Shown: positions 1-8,541 of the stretch, in pieces
Layout: the number at the start of each line of letters is the position of its first letter
Position numbering within the stretch: the first letter of the stretch is position 1
DNA from: an uncultured Chloroflexaceae bacterium
GTDB lineage: Bacteria; Chloroflexota; Chloroflexia; Chloroflexales; Chloroflexaceae
Length of the DNA: 37,820 nucleotides
Direction of reading: 5' to 3'
NCBI GenBank assembly: GCA_964626155.1
Contig: CAZVEN010000021.1
Location: forward strand, 15,825-53,644
The notes under the pieces: model-generated
Told to the model about the DNA's origin: nothing
Database searches by the model: none
Seen by the model: the letters and a program-made list of their open reading frames with translations, nothing else
Made by a program: the position numbers and the translations under genes

Positions 1-258
1 CAGGATGCGGGTGCTACGGTACGGGTTTGGCGGTGCCAAACCCACGGGGCTTGCCGCTGGCAAGCCCGTACCATAGCCACACGGGTAGTAGTAGCACCGG
101 TTTCTAGCCGGACTTCGGCAGGATGCGGGTGCTACGGTACGGGTTTGGCGGTGCCAAACCCACGGGGCTTGCCAGCGGCAAGCCCGTACCATAGCCACAC
201 GGGTAGCAGTAGCACCGGCTTCTAGCCGGACTTCGGCAGGATGCGGGTGCTACGCGGG
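1..258. repeat. 118-bp tandem direct repeat, 2 full units (1-118, 119-236) plus an 18-bp partial third unit; the array is cut by the window edge
   Basis: Units 1-118 and 119-236 are near-identical, with 3 differences. Each unit folds as a 10-bp outer stem (13-22/68-77) enclosing two 9-bp hairpins (23-31/35-43 and 47-55/59-67). The second hairpin loop is GCT in unit 1 and AGC in unit 2, an exact loop inversion. Confidence 0.9.
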
Positions 259-1253
259 ACAGGCTAGAAGCCTATCCTACACTTGATGCCGGTGCTACGA
301 AGATATGCACGAGAACCTCATAGCTCCGGTTCGACACCCAAGGCTCGCAACTGTGCTATGAGGCGTTCTTCACGTTCGCATGCACGTTCTTTTTCTTTGC
401 GTTCGCGTTCTTCACGTTCGCTGCTGGTAGGAAGAGGTATGCCCTGCATCGTAAACCAACGTAGCCACGGTAACTGCATACCTTTGTAGGAGCCATGCCA
501 AATGCCTAATGCAACCCCAAGGGGGGGAATGGGATAATGCCCATGCGCATTCGGTGCAACCAACGTGAATTTCCCGTTCTCAAGTACATAGACATCTACC
601 TTACCCGGGTTGACATAGTAGATGGCATAGAACTGGGGTTGGATGACGCGCTCATAGACCCAAAACTTGCCACTTTTGGGTGTGGTATCGTTCTCTTCTG
701 AACCGTCACCCGATACAAATTCACACACGATGAGCGGGCGAGTAGGTTCGTGCCATAGCACATACGAACGTCGTACCTTGCCATGCAGCAAAGGCGGCAC
801 ATTGGGCACATAGTACCAATCGGGCGAGACGGCTCCACGCACCGACTCTTCGTAGGTTGTTTGGACCGCTTCTATGTTCCAATAGATGCCACTATCTTGC
901 CCAATACAGTATTGCCCATCGGGATGGAGTTGGCTCAACACCGGCTCTATACTGTCGGTCAACAAGATACTCTGGGGATGCTCTTGAAAGTTTTTCACAA
1001 AGCTACCATCCTCGTCTGGCAATTGCGTATGGTCGGGGAAACGATAGACCCGCAGGTCGGCAGTTTGTGATTGTATACGATTGGCTACCATAGGATATGT
1101 CCATTCTTTCTGCTTCTATTGCTGTTGCGTACACAACGGTTTCATTCTATGTCCACTATTGTAGCATATATTTGCGCTCGCTGTGTATTTGCTGTAGTGA
1201 ATACTACGAAGAAATGGTGCAAAAGACGTAGCATTAGGCTTCTAGCCTGTCCC
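256..1253. mobile_element. Candidate small mobile cassette: Uma2-family nuclease gene between perfect 19-bp terminal inverted repeats
   Basis: GGGACAGGCTAGAAGCCTA at 256-274 is the exact reverse complement of TAGGCTTCTAGCCTGTCCC at 1235-1253. The only substantial gene inside is the Uma2 CDS 318-1091. Solo related copies lie at 6249-6266 and 32464-32485. Confidence 0.35.
318..1091 (-). CDS. Uma2 family endonuclease (DUF820, PD-(D/E)XK fold) with ER-rich coiled-coil C-terminal tail
   Basis: 257-aa ORF. Motifs RPLIVCEFVS...D...K...YERV.QPQFYAIYYVNP..V.VYVLENGKF fit the Uma2 pattern PDL.VE..S...D...K...Y...GV.EYWIVDP. The tail LRWF..GIPLPT..ERE..ERLIAQLRALGVEPEL is typical of cyanobacterial-type Uma2 proteins. 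Confidence 0.8.
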   Translation of the reverse strand: MVANRIQSQTADLRVYRFPDHTQLPDEDGSFVKNFQEHPQSILLTDSIEPVLSQLHPDGQYCIGQDSGIYWNIEAVQTTYEESVRGAVSPDWYYVPNVPPLLHGKVRRSYVLWHEPTRPLIVCEFVSGDGSEENDTTPKSGKFWVYERVIQPQFYAIYYVNPGKVDVYVLENGKFTLVAPNAHGHYPIPPLGVALGIWHGSYKGMQLPWLRWFTMQGIPLPTSSEREERERKEKERACEREERLIAQLRALGVEPEL

Positions 1254-1265
1254 CTCAAAAAACAG

Positions 1266-1294
1266 TTGGCAAAGGAAGTAGGACATGCTACAAT
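1266..1294 (+). promoter_or_regulatory. sigma70-like promoter candidate TTGGCA-N17-TACAAT
   Basis: -35 TTGGCA at 1266-1271, 17-nt spacer, -10 TACAAT at 1289-1294. It sits ~330 nt upstream of the 1627 CDS, which implies a long leader. Confidence 0.35.
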
Positions 1295-1626
1295 ACACTG
1301 TAGGACAGGATTTAGCCATTGACACTGGTATGGAGCTATGAGTATGTTGCTTGTGATTAAGGCAAAACACGAACTGTCTACTCCCATCCTCGCCCCTAGT
1401 ATGGGCAATCGCATGGTAGTTTTGTGCATCACCGCTTTTGTTATACTACAACGTATCTCCTCCCGGTTGGCAGTGTTCATTTTGGTGTAGTCTTGGCATT
1501 CCTCGTCCAATATGCGGCCTTTTGTCTACAATCGTTCTAGTTAAGGGGTGAGGTACTTGTTCTCTGTTCGTCCTTTTGTCTGCTGTTTCATTTTGTTTCA
1601 TGTATCAAAAGGAGGAATAGAAGGGT

Positions 1627-1887
1627 ATGGAAATCCTATTAGGTATTATTGGTATCATTATATCGTTGGGACCGCTTATCTGTTGGATTTGGGTGCTCGT
1701 TGAAATGTCGGCCGATGATGGCTTCTGTTGCGCTATCTTGGGTTTCCTTTTTTTTCCGTTTGCATTTATTTGGGGGTGGTGGAAGGTACGAGAACGTGGT
1801 CTTGGTGTTGTAATGACGATATGGACTATTTATATAATCGTAGCCATCTTGTCTTGTGGGGTCATGTTTATGATGGTACCACAATAG
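1627..1887 (+). CDS. small hydrophobic membrane protein (86 aa, 2-3 TM helices)
   Basis: ORF with a strong RBS AAAGGAGGAATAG 7 nt upstream. The sequence is almost entirely hydrophobic with a WKVRERG loop. No family recognised. Confidence 0.55.
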   Translation: MEILLGIIGIIISLGPLICWIWVLVEMSADDGFCCAILGFLFFPFAFIWGWWKVRERGLGVVMTIWTIYIIVAILSCGVMFMMVPQ

Positions 1888-1920
1888 ATGTGATACTATC
1901 TTGTTTCATGAAGACCTCGC

Positions 1921-1960
1921 GCAAAGACGCAAAGAACGCAAAGCTACAAAGAAGGGAACA
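1921..1960. repeat. octamer-repeat element copy (CGCAAAGA/ACGCAAAG tandem)
   Basis: CGCGCAAAGACGCAAAGAACGCAAAGCTACAAAG. It belongs to the dispersed (T/C)CT(C/T)TGCG family also seen at 2745, 11641, 15838, 20040, 22693, 30521 and 31400. Confidence 0.6.
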
Positions 1961-2021
1961 ACCAATGCTTTGCTGGTACGCTGCAATGCTGCGAACTGTC
2001 TTGGAAACGGTTGCTCGTTTC

Positions 2022-2050
2022 GACGCACAACGATGTGCGTCTTTATTTTA
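2022..2050 (+). terminator. intrinsic terminator candidate
   Basis: 8-bp stem GACGCACA/TGTGCGTC (2022-2029/2034-2041) with loop ACGA, followed by TTTATTTTA. It lies downstream of the 1627-1887 CDS and before the 2067 CDS. Confidence 0.5.
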
Positions 2051-2066
2051 GAAGGATTGTTATACT

Positions 2067-2690
2067 ATGCATATCATACTTATTCGCCATGGCATAACGG
2101 AATGGAATGCACAACGACGCTATCAAGGGCATGCCGATATGCCGCTGAATGCCTTGGGGCGAGAACAAGCCCGGCTTGCCGGTGAACGGCTACGCGCAAT
2201 GCAGGGGCTACACATACACGCTATGTACTCCAGCGACACCGCACGGGCTTGGCAAACGGCGCAGATCATCGGCGAGCATGTTGGCATACAGCCACAACCC
2301 ATGCTCGACCTGCGCGAAATAGACGTTGGGCAATGGAGTGGGCTTACAGTTGAGGAGCGCAACCGCCTTTTTCCCGACAGTGTGCGCGACTGCGAACGTG
2401 ACCCCATCAACACGGTGCTACCGGGTGGCGAGTCGCGGGTGCAGTTGCAACAACGTGCGCTACGGGCATTCAACCAGATTATTGAGGCGCATCAGCCAGA
2501 GGAAACAGTACTAGCCGTTTCGCATGCCGGGACTATGCGTACTATTCTGTGCCACTACCTTGGCATGGATTTAGCCTACAATGAGCGGTTGAAGATAAAC
2601 CATTGTTCATTGACCGAGTTGCGCTACAAAAGAGATAATTGGCGTGTGCATCGTGTAAATGATGCTGCGCATATAGAAGCATTGCATTAG
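2067..2690 (+). CDS. histidine phosphatase family protein (phosphoglycerate mutase-like)
   Basis: N-terminal LIRHGITEWN (RHG catalytic motif), 207 aa, a length typical of the family. Confidence 0.85.
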   Translation: MHIILIRHGITEWNAQRRYQGHADMPLNALGREQARLAGERLRAMQGLHIHAMYSSDTARAWQTAQIIGEHVGIQPQPMLDLREIDVGQWSGLTVEERNRLFPDSVRDCERDPINTVLPGGESRVQLQQRALRAFNQIIEAHQPEETVLAVSHAGTMRTILCHYLGMDLAYNERLKINHCSLTELRYKRDNWRVHRVNDAAHIEALH

Positions 2691-2744
2691 GGTTGGTTAG
2701 TTCATTCTCACAAAATGCTAACAAGACAATCCACCCGCTTAAAG

Positions 2745-2790
2745 AACTTCGTGTTTCCTTTGTGTTCTTTGTGTTCTTTGTGGTTCAATG
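2745..2790. repeat. octamer/nonamer-repeat element copy (TGTTCTTTG x3)
   Basis: GTGTTTCCTTTGTGTTCTTTGTGTTCTTTGTGGTTC. It is the reverse-orientation relative of the 22693-22760 copy (CACAGAGAACACAGAG). Confidence 0.6.
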
Positions 2791-2805
2791 TAGTATCTTG
2801 AGATA

Positions 2806-4590
2806 TTGCTTATGAAAAGAGACAAAGGGGTTTCATATAGAGCCGTCAGCTTGATGTTCTGGCTTGCATCTATGCTATTCTTCACACCTTTGGCAACCGC
2901 ACAAGCACAGCAGCAACAGAAAGAGTTCGCCAAAGATGTGCTGCTTGAGCGGCGCGACGGCGACATCACCATTTTGCCCAATGGAGATGTGCAGGTTGTG
3001 GAAACATGGGAAGTGTATTTTATTGGTGGCGTGTTTACCTATGCCTTTCGTGAACTGCCGCATGAGTGTCTCACTGCCACATCGGGGTGGGAAGTGTATG
3101 AAGGAAAACAGGCATATCAGCCGGCTCCCGCGACTGATGCACAACCCGGCACGCCCGGTACATTTCACATACAGACGACTGAAGCTTCGACCAAGGTGAC
3201 ATGGTTTTTCCCTCCAACTACTGATGATACGCGCATGTTTACGCTGAAATATGTCGTGCATGGTTCCCTTGCCATCTATGAGCAGGTAGACCGCCTACGC
3301 TGGCAGTTTATTGAGTGGGAACGTCTCTACCCTATCAATACCGCGCATGTTGTTGTTCATTTGCCAGCATCGTTCGATAGGGATGAGATAACGGTTGCTA
3401 CCTATCGGTATGGGCGTAAAGCCGGTGGAGCAGAGGTTGTTGATGGGCAAACCGTAGCGTTTACCGGGGAAGCATTTTTGCCGGGCGCTCTCTGGGATAT
3501 TGAGGTACAGTTTCCGCATGGTGTTGTAGACGCCGAGCCACAGGCATGGCAGCTACGCCAAGACGCGGAGGAGCAAAAGCGTGCAGCATATGAGGCAGCG
3601 CTTGAAGCGCAACGGCGTTTTTACAATCGCATTGCCGTATCGGTCGCGCTTGCCATATTCCTTGGTGGCTCTGTTGGCATTGCGCTGTTGTGGCATCGGT
3701 ATGTGCGCACTACTGCCCCAGAGCAAGCTCAAGCTTCTGCCTATGTCACCAACCCACCCAAAGACCTGCCACCCAGTATGGCCGGCGTATTGCTCGATGG
3801 CAAAGTAGAAAACCGGCATATTATAGCAACCATGGTAGATTTAGCTCATCGTGGGTTCTTGCGTATTGTAGAGCACAGCAACGATGTACAACACACATTC
3901 ACCTTTGAACGGCTAGAGCAAGATACCAGTCGCCTGCGCACATATGAAAAAAATATCCTGCATGCGCTCTTTGGCACTAGCCAGCAGCGTGACCTTGCGG
4001 CGTTGAGCAAAACCTTTTTTAGCACCATCCCATCACTCAAGCAAGATATGTACAATGAGCTTATACAGCAAGGCTACCTAACAGAGGACCCGGAACACAT
4101 CCGCAATGGCTACACACGCATTGGTATTATAACCATTATCTTGGGTCTCATGAGCAGCGTCGGCGGAGCCAACGTTGATGTATCGCACGCGGCACCATTA
4201 GCCATTACCATTGCACTTGCTATTCTGGCAGTGGGTGTGGGTATTGTCGCTATAAGCCGTATCTTGCAGCAGAAAACAATACAAGGTGACATGACTATTA
4301 CACAGATACGCCGGTTCAAGCGCTATCTCGTCTCCATTGAGCAGTATACGCAGGTTCAAGATGCAGTAGACCAGTTTGACCCCTATTTGCCATATGCCAT
4401 TGCGTTTGGCATTCAGCAGCAATGGGGCGAAACATTTGCGGCTGTCCATACACCGGCCCCCACGTGGTATACGTCGGATTCAGCACCCGCCGGGGCCGAA
4501 CTCGATGCCGTCATCAGAGGTTTTTTTGACATGGTCCGTCAAACGTCGTTGGTCTTCAAGGGGCGATTTGTGAGTTCAGATAGTGTCTAG
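2806..4590 (+). CDS. DUF2207 domain-containing membrane protein
   Basis: 594 aa. It has an N-terminal signal/TM, then an extracytoplasmic domain with ILPNGDVQVVETWEVYF.GG.FTYAFRELP (DUF2207-like), a TM near residue 290, and 2-3 TMs near residue 450 with a YLPYAIAFG C-terminal segment. Confidence 0.7.
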   Translation: MLMKRDKGVSYRAVSLMFWLASMLFFTPLATAQAQQQQKEFAKDVLLERRDGDITILPNGDVQVVETWEVYFIGGVFTYAFRELPHECLTATSGWEVYEGKQAYQPAPATDAQPGTPGTFHIQTTEASTKVTWFFPPTTDDTRMFTLKYVVHGSLAIYEQVDRLRWQFIEWERLYPINTAHVVVHLPASFDRDEITVATYRYGRKAGGAEVVDGQTVAFTGEAFLPGALWDIEVQFPHGVVDAEPQAWQLRQDAEEQKRAAYEAALEAQRRFYNRIAVSVALAIFLGGSVGIALLWHRYVRTTAPEQAQASAYVTNPPKDLPPSMAGVLLDGKVENRHIIATMVDLAHRGFLRIVEHSNDVQHTFTFERLEQDTSRLRTYEKNILHALFGTSQQRDLAALSKTFFSTIPSLKQDMYNELIQQGYLTEDPEHIRNGYTRIGIITIILGLMSSVGGANVDVSHAAPLAITIALAILAVGVGIVAISRILQQKTIQGDMTITQIRRFKRYLVSIEQYTQVQDAVDQFDPYLPYAIAFGIQQQWGETFAAVHTPAPTWYTSDSAPAGAELDAVIRGFFDMVRQTSLVFKGRFVSSDSV

Positions 4591-4598
4591 GGCGTAGG

Positions 4599-6248
4599 AT
4601 GCACACGTTATTGGTGCAAGGGCAACCTATTACAGATGCATGTGTGACAGAGTGGCAGGAAGTTGCATTTTCTTGTGTGCCACCGCACAATTGCACACTG
4701 GCGTTGACGATAGGCGATACATTGCACCCTGTGCTGCTGCAACCATTTTTGCTGCCGGGCGACCCGGCATGGCGCTGGCGCTGGAATCCGCAGAATACTG
4801 TCGGACATGTTGCCTTTACTTTGGCTATAACCGGGCCAGATGGGCACGTTGACTATGAATATGGGCATCTGCATGTTGTGCCACGCAAGATAGACCAAGA
4901 GCAGTATCAGGCTTTGCTTGATGATTTGCAACGGTTCATACGCTTGCTTGTCTTTTCTTTGCCGGGGAGTATGGTAGGGACACGGGAGAGTGATGCACCA
5001 GAAGAAATACCAACTGAATGCAGCATTATAGAGATGTATTATCGCTTCTTGCGAGAGCGTTTGACAACGCTTGAACAGGCAGTACGGCACATTGCTCAAC
5101 ATCCACATACCCAAACCTGTGTAGGCACGAAACGGGAACCGGTGGGACACGCACATGATTTTTCGCAGGTTGGCGAAGATGTTGCGCGTGGGCAGCCGGT
5201 GTACCCATTTCCAATGCATGCGGTACCGCTGTTTCGACAAGCTCAACAACCGCGCAACAACATACACCATCTGCCAGAGGAAGTTCCCCAGAGTGCTATG
5301 CTAGTAGATGTGGATACGTATGAAAACCGGCTGCTCAAGTGGGTGTTGCATGAGCTATGGCACCGCGCACAGGCAATTGCTACGCTGACGTCTCATGAAA
5401 AAGCGTTTTTACCACAGGTGACACAAGGGTACACAGAGGAAATACACCATAGTGTGCAACGGTTGGCGCAGGTGCGTTCGCTGCCGTTGTTGGAAGGGGT
5501 CAAGACGCTTTCTGTTTTCCATGGGGCAACGTACACTATTCGACATAACCCTTCCTATCGTCAAATCTACCGCTTATGGCAAGAGTTACACACTCTGCCC
5601 GCGCTCGATGTTGAGAGCGATATATTCCATGTGCCAGTGCATGAACTACCACAGTTGTATGAAGTGTGGTGTGTGGTGCAGGTGATGGCGGCTTTGCTGG
5701 AGCAACCGGGCGTTCGTGTGCGTACACAGCGTTTTATCGCACAGAAGGATGGGAGTCGCGGGCATACGTTTGGTCTTGTTGAGGATGTTCCATTGCTTAT
5801 GCTCAATTGGCACGATGTGATTATTTGTTTGCGCTATCAGCCACGCTATTACCCGTTGCACAGTGCGCACATTGCACAGTGTGAGGAGCATACAGAGACA
5901 ATAGGCTCTCTCGATTGTCACATGCACAAGCCAGATATTGCTATAGAGATGATGCATCCTGCACAATTGCCGTCTGTGTTGCTGTTTGATGCCAAATATC
6001 GCCTGACGGCCAGTGGGGGCGTGCCAGAAGATGCGCTGGCCGATATGTATACCTACCTTGGGAGTATTGGAACATATCCCGATAAACGTGTTGTGCAACA
6101 AGCTGCGGTGCTCTATCCGGGCGAGAGGGTTGCAGAGCGCTATGCAAGTGGCGTGGGTGTGTTGGGGCTTGTGCCGGGCTGCCGGGCTAGGCTGCGCGAG
6201 TGGGTGGCATTGTGGCTACTAAGAAATGGTGCGAAAGGCGTAGGATAG
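4599..6248 (+). CDS. PD-(D/E)XK nuclease-like protein (McrC/DUF2357-like) of unknown function
   Basis: 549-aa ORF that starts 8 bp after the DUF2207 stop, so the two are probably translationally coupled. The C-terminal region has HKPDIAIEM...LLFDAKYR (D...E.K nuclease core) preceded by LPQLYEVWCVVQVMAAL, which resembles DUF2357/McrC-type nucleases. The last ~30 nt overlap the GGCTTCTAGC repeat element. Confidence 0.55.
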   Translation: MHTLLVQGQPITDACVTEWQEVAFSCVPPHNCTLALTIGDTLHPVLLQPFLLPGDPAWRWRWNPQNTVGHVAFTLAITGPDGHVDYEYGHLHVVPRKIDQEQYQALLDDLQRFIRLLVFSLPGSMVGTRESDAPEEIPTECSIIEMYYRFLRERLTTLEQAVRHIAQHPHTQTCVGTKREPVGHAHDFSQVGEDVARGQPVYPFPMHAVPLFRQAQQPRNNIHHLPEEVPQSAMLVDVDTYENRLLKWVLHELWHRAQAIATLTSHEKAFLPQVTQGYTEEIHHSVQRLAQVRSLPLLEGVKTLSVFHGATYTIRHNPSYRQIYRLWQELHTLPALDVESDIFHVPVHELPQLYEVWCVVQVMAALLEQPGVRVRTQRFIAQKDGSRGHTFGLVEDVPLLMLNWHDVIICLRYQPRYYPLHSAHIAQCEEHTETIGSLDCHMHKPDIAIEMMHPAQLPSVLLFDAKYRLTASGGVPEDALADMYTYLGSIGTYPDKRVVQQAAVLYPGERVAERYASGVGVLGLVPGCRARLREWVALWLLRNGAKGVG

Positions 6249-6300
6249 GCTTCTAGCATGTCCGTCGTAGCACCGATATCCTGTCGGACTTGGCTTACCA
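6216..6300. repeat. solo copy of the GGCTTCTAGCC-core dispersed element
   Basis: AAGAAATGGTGCGAAAGGCGTAGGATAGGCTTCTAGCATGTCC is near-identical to 1208-1253, followed by GTCGTAGCACCGATATCCTGTCGGACTTGGC, which resembles the 3' half of the 118-bp unit. Confidence 0.7.
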
Positions 6301-6817
6301 GCCGGTGCTAGCAAACGTGTTGCTCGTCTTTTCTTTGTCGCATGCTATAATGGGTGTTGGCATGAGTACGATTGAAAACAAAGCTTCGCCGCAGAAGTGG
6401 CGACGAACAGCTTGGCTCCTGATAGGGGGAGTACTCTTGTGTAGCTGGTGTAGCCTGTTGAGCGGCGTCGGTGGCTGGCTTATGGGGTATGATTTGGGCA
6501 AGCGCGAGGCTAAAGCCGCGCTATTGCCAACGACTGGGGTGTTGGTGACACGAGTTGAACACGATGGGCCGGCCGATCAGGCGGGCATTCGGCGTGGCGA
6601 TATGATCATTGGCATGAACGGTATCCCTGTTGATGATGTGGTTGCACTCCAAAATATGTTGATGGACTATGAACCCGGCGATAGTGTGCTTATTACCTAT
6701 CGCCATGACTTGGGCAAACATGCCACCTATGTAGAGCTGGCGCATTTTCCCGATAGCGATAAGCCATATCTCGGTATTTATTACACAGCACGTGCTGAAA
6801 CACCGGCCGATATGTAA
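6290..6817 (+). CDS. membrane-anchored PDZ domain protein
   Basis: PDZ core GVLVTRVEHDGPADQAGIRRGDMIIGMNGIPVDDVVALQNML. The start is uncertain because the first ATG (6290) lies inside the repeat element. An in-frame ATG at 6362 (MSTIENK..KWRR, then a TM) sits just downstream of a TGCTATAAT -10-like box at 6343-6351. Confidence 0.65.
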   Translation: MAYQPVLANVLLVFSLSHAIMGVGMSTIENKASPQKWRRTAWLLIGGVLLCSWCSLLSGVGGWLMGYDLGKREAKAALLPTTGVLVTRVEHDGPADQAGIRRGDMIIGMNGIPVDDVVALQNMLMDYEPGDSVLITYRHDLGKHATYVELAHFPDSDKPYLGIYYTARAETPADM

Positions 6818-6921
6818 TGGTGGTTTGTTCAATGCATCCAAGGAAAAACCCATTATTTTTGTATACCTGTGCCCTAGCGTCATACCGCATGTGCGAGTAC
6901 AATAGTGGAGTTTTCATAGTG

Positions 6922-6930
6922 TGCTATAAT
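6922..6930 (+). promoter_or_regulatory. extended -10 (TGCTATAAT) promoter candidate upstream of glnA
   Basis: TGnTATAAT at 6922-6930, ~60 nt before the glnA start codon. I found no clear -35. Confidence 0.3.
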
Positions 6931-6988
6931 CGTACACGGTGTATTTATACAAGTTTAACTGAAAGATAATAAGAAGGAGGCAGGTTTT

Positions 6989-8410
6989 ATGACAATGGAT
7001 TCAGAAGGCGTGCTTGCATTGATCAAGGAAAAGAATATCCAGATGGTGGATTTTCGCTTTACCGACGTGCCTGGCACATGGCAGCATTTTTCTATGCCAG
7101 TCAGCGCGTTTGAAAAAGATGCCTTTACGGAAGGTCTAGGATTTGATGGTTCATCCATTCGTGGATTCCAGGTGATCAATGAGAGCGATATGCTGGTCGT
7201 GCCAGACGCCAGTACCGCCTTTGTCGATCCGGTCCTTGAGGTTCCAACTGTGACAATGATTTGCGATATTCGTGATCCTATCACCGGGGAACCTTATTCA
7301 CGCGACCCACGCTATATTGCTAAGAAATCCGTCGAGTATTTGAAACAGACGGGCATTGCTGATATAAGCTACTGGGGGCCAGAAGCTGAATTTTTCCTGT
7401 TCAGTAGTGTGAATTATAAGACAGACCCGTACATGTCATTCTATTCGGTAGATAGCGACGAGGGATGGTGGAATAGCGGCAACAATATGGGGATCAACCA
7501 CGGGCAGCAAATACCACCCAAGCGCGGCTACTTCCCATGCCCGCCTACTGACTCACTCCAAGACATACGCAGCAAAATGGTTCAAACGATGCTGTCGGTG
7601 GGCATTGATGTCGAAGTACATCACCATGAAGTGGCCACAGCGGGCCAGGCAGAAATTGATATGCGTTTCGGCCCCATGATTCAAATGGCCGATAACATTA
7701 TCAAGTATAAATATATTGTAAAGAATGTAGCGCGGCTTCATGACCTGACGGCTACCTTTATGCCCAAGCCTCTGTTTGGTGACAACGGTAGCGGTATGCA
7801 TACGCACCAAAGCCTCTGGAAGGGTGACACAAACGTCTTCTATGATGCCAATGGGTATGCACAACTCTCAGAGACAGCACAGCATTATATTGGTGGTTTG
7901 TTGGCCCATGCGCCGGCCTTGCTGGCTTTTGCTGCCCCGACAACCAATTCCTACCGCAGACTTGTGCCGGGCTTTGAAGCCCCGGTGAACCTCGTCTACT
8001 CCAAGCGCAATCGTTCGGCAGCCTGCCGTATTCCCATGTATTCCAATAGCCCCAAAGCCAAGCGTGTCGAGTTTCGATGCCCAGACCCATCGTGCAACCC
8101 CTACCTTGCGTTTGCGGCTATGCTGATGGCTGGACTTGACGGTATTCAGAACAAGATTGATCCAGGCGCTCCGTTGGATAAGGACATTTACGAATTGCCC
8201 CTCGAAGAGTTGGCCAAGATTCGGTCAGTGCCAGGTTCACTTGCAGATGCTCTTGATGCGCTTGAAGATGACAACGAGTTTTTGTTGAAGGGCGACGTGT
8301 TTACGTCAGATATTATTGAAACGTGGCTGAGTTATAAGCGTGAGAATGAAGTTATTCCCTCACAGCTACGCCCAACTCCCTACGAATTTTACCTCTATTA
8401 CGACATTTAA
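6989..8410 (+). CDS. glnA: glutamine synthetase, type I
   Basis: 473 aa with the strong RBS AAGAAGGAGG. The N-terminal beta-grasp and catalytic regions show GSI hallmarks ([34 protein letters not shown]). Confidence 0.97.
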   Translation: MTMDSEGVLALIKEKNIQMVDFRFTDVPGTWQHFSMPVSAFEKDAFTEGLGFDGSSIRGFQVINESDMLVVPDASTAFVDPVLEVPTVTMICDIRDPITGEPYSRDPRYIAKKSVEYLKQTGIADISYWGPEAEFFLFSSVNYKTDPYMSFYSVDSDEGWWNSGNNMGINHGQQIPPKRGYFPCPPTDSLQDIRSKMVQTMLSVGIDVEVHHHEVATAGQAEIDMRFGPMIQMADNIIKYKYIVKNVARLHDLTATFMPKPLFGDNGSGMHTHQSLWKGDTNVFYDANGYAQLSETAQHYIGGLLAHAPALLAFAAPTTNSYRRLVPGFEAPVNLVYSKRNRSAACRIPMYSNSPKAKRVEFRCPDPSCNPYLAFAAMLMAGLDGIQNKIDPGAPLDKDIYELPLEELAKIRSVPGSLADALDALEDDNEFLLKGDVFTSDIIETWLSYKRENEVIPSQLRPTPYEFYLYYDI

Positions 8411-8442
8411 AGGCATCCATTATTGGTGTAGTCATGTTTTTT

Positions 8443-8528
8443 GGAGAGACGTTGCACGCAACGTCTCTCCAATTCTAGCAACGCTGTGTGCGCAACCGTA
8501 GAGACAGACGTTGCACACGCAACGTCTG
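8443..8528. repeat. pair of GAGACGTTGC...GCAACGTCTC palindromic hairpins between the convergent glnA and manA genes
   Basis: Hairpin 1 is 8443-8470 (13-bp arms); hairpin 2 is 8505-8528 (10-bp arms, loop ACAC). The same core recurs at 16338-16359 and, as GAGACGTAGC, at 30478-30506. No U-run follows on either strand, so these are not canonical intrinsic terminators. Confidence 0.7.
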
Positions 8529-8541
8529 TGAGAGCGTTGTG

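Noticed and set aside
1-258. CRISPR array interpretation of the tandem repeats (also 16363-16444 and 20757-21147)
   Set aside because: The units are directly abutting with no unique spacers, so these are plain tandem repeats. No cas genes are present.
283-1093. ORFs 283-489(+), 596-838(-), 783-1070(+), 857-1093(+)
   Set aside because: All lie inside or antisense to the Uma2 CDS (318-1091), which has family-level motif support.
1071-1510. ORFs 1071-1322(+) and 1142-1510(-) in the gap next to the Uma2 gene
   Set aside because: They span the inverted repeat and promoter-like elements. There is no RBS, the composition is odd, and nothing is recognisable. Treated as noncoding.
6989-8410. NtcA-type (GTA-N8-TAC) operator upstream of glnA
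   Set aside because: No correctly spaced GTA...TAC was found in 6830-6988. Only an extended -10 box is present.
8443-8528. Calling the GAGACGTTGC palindromes intrinsic terminators
   Set aside because: No U-run follows the stem on either strand; the T-run at 8435-8441 precedes the stem. Kept as repeat elements. Only 2022-2050 has the stem-plus-U-tract layout.
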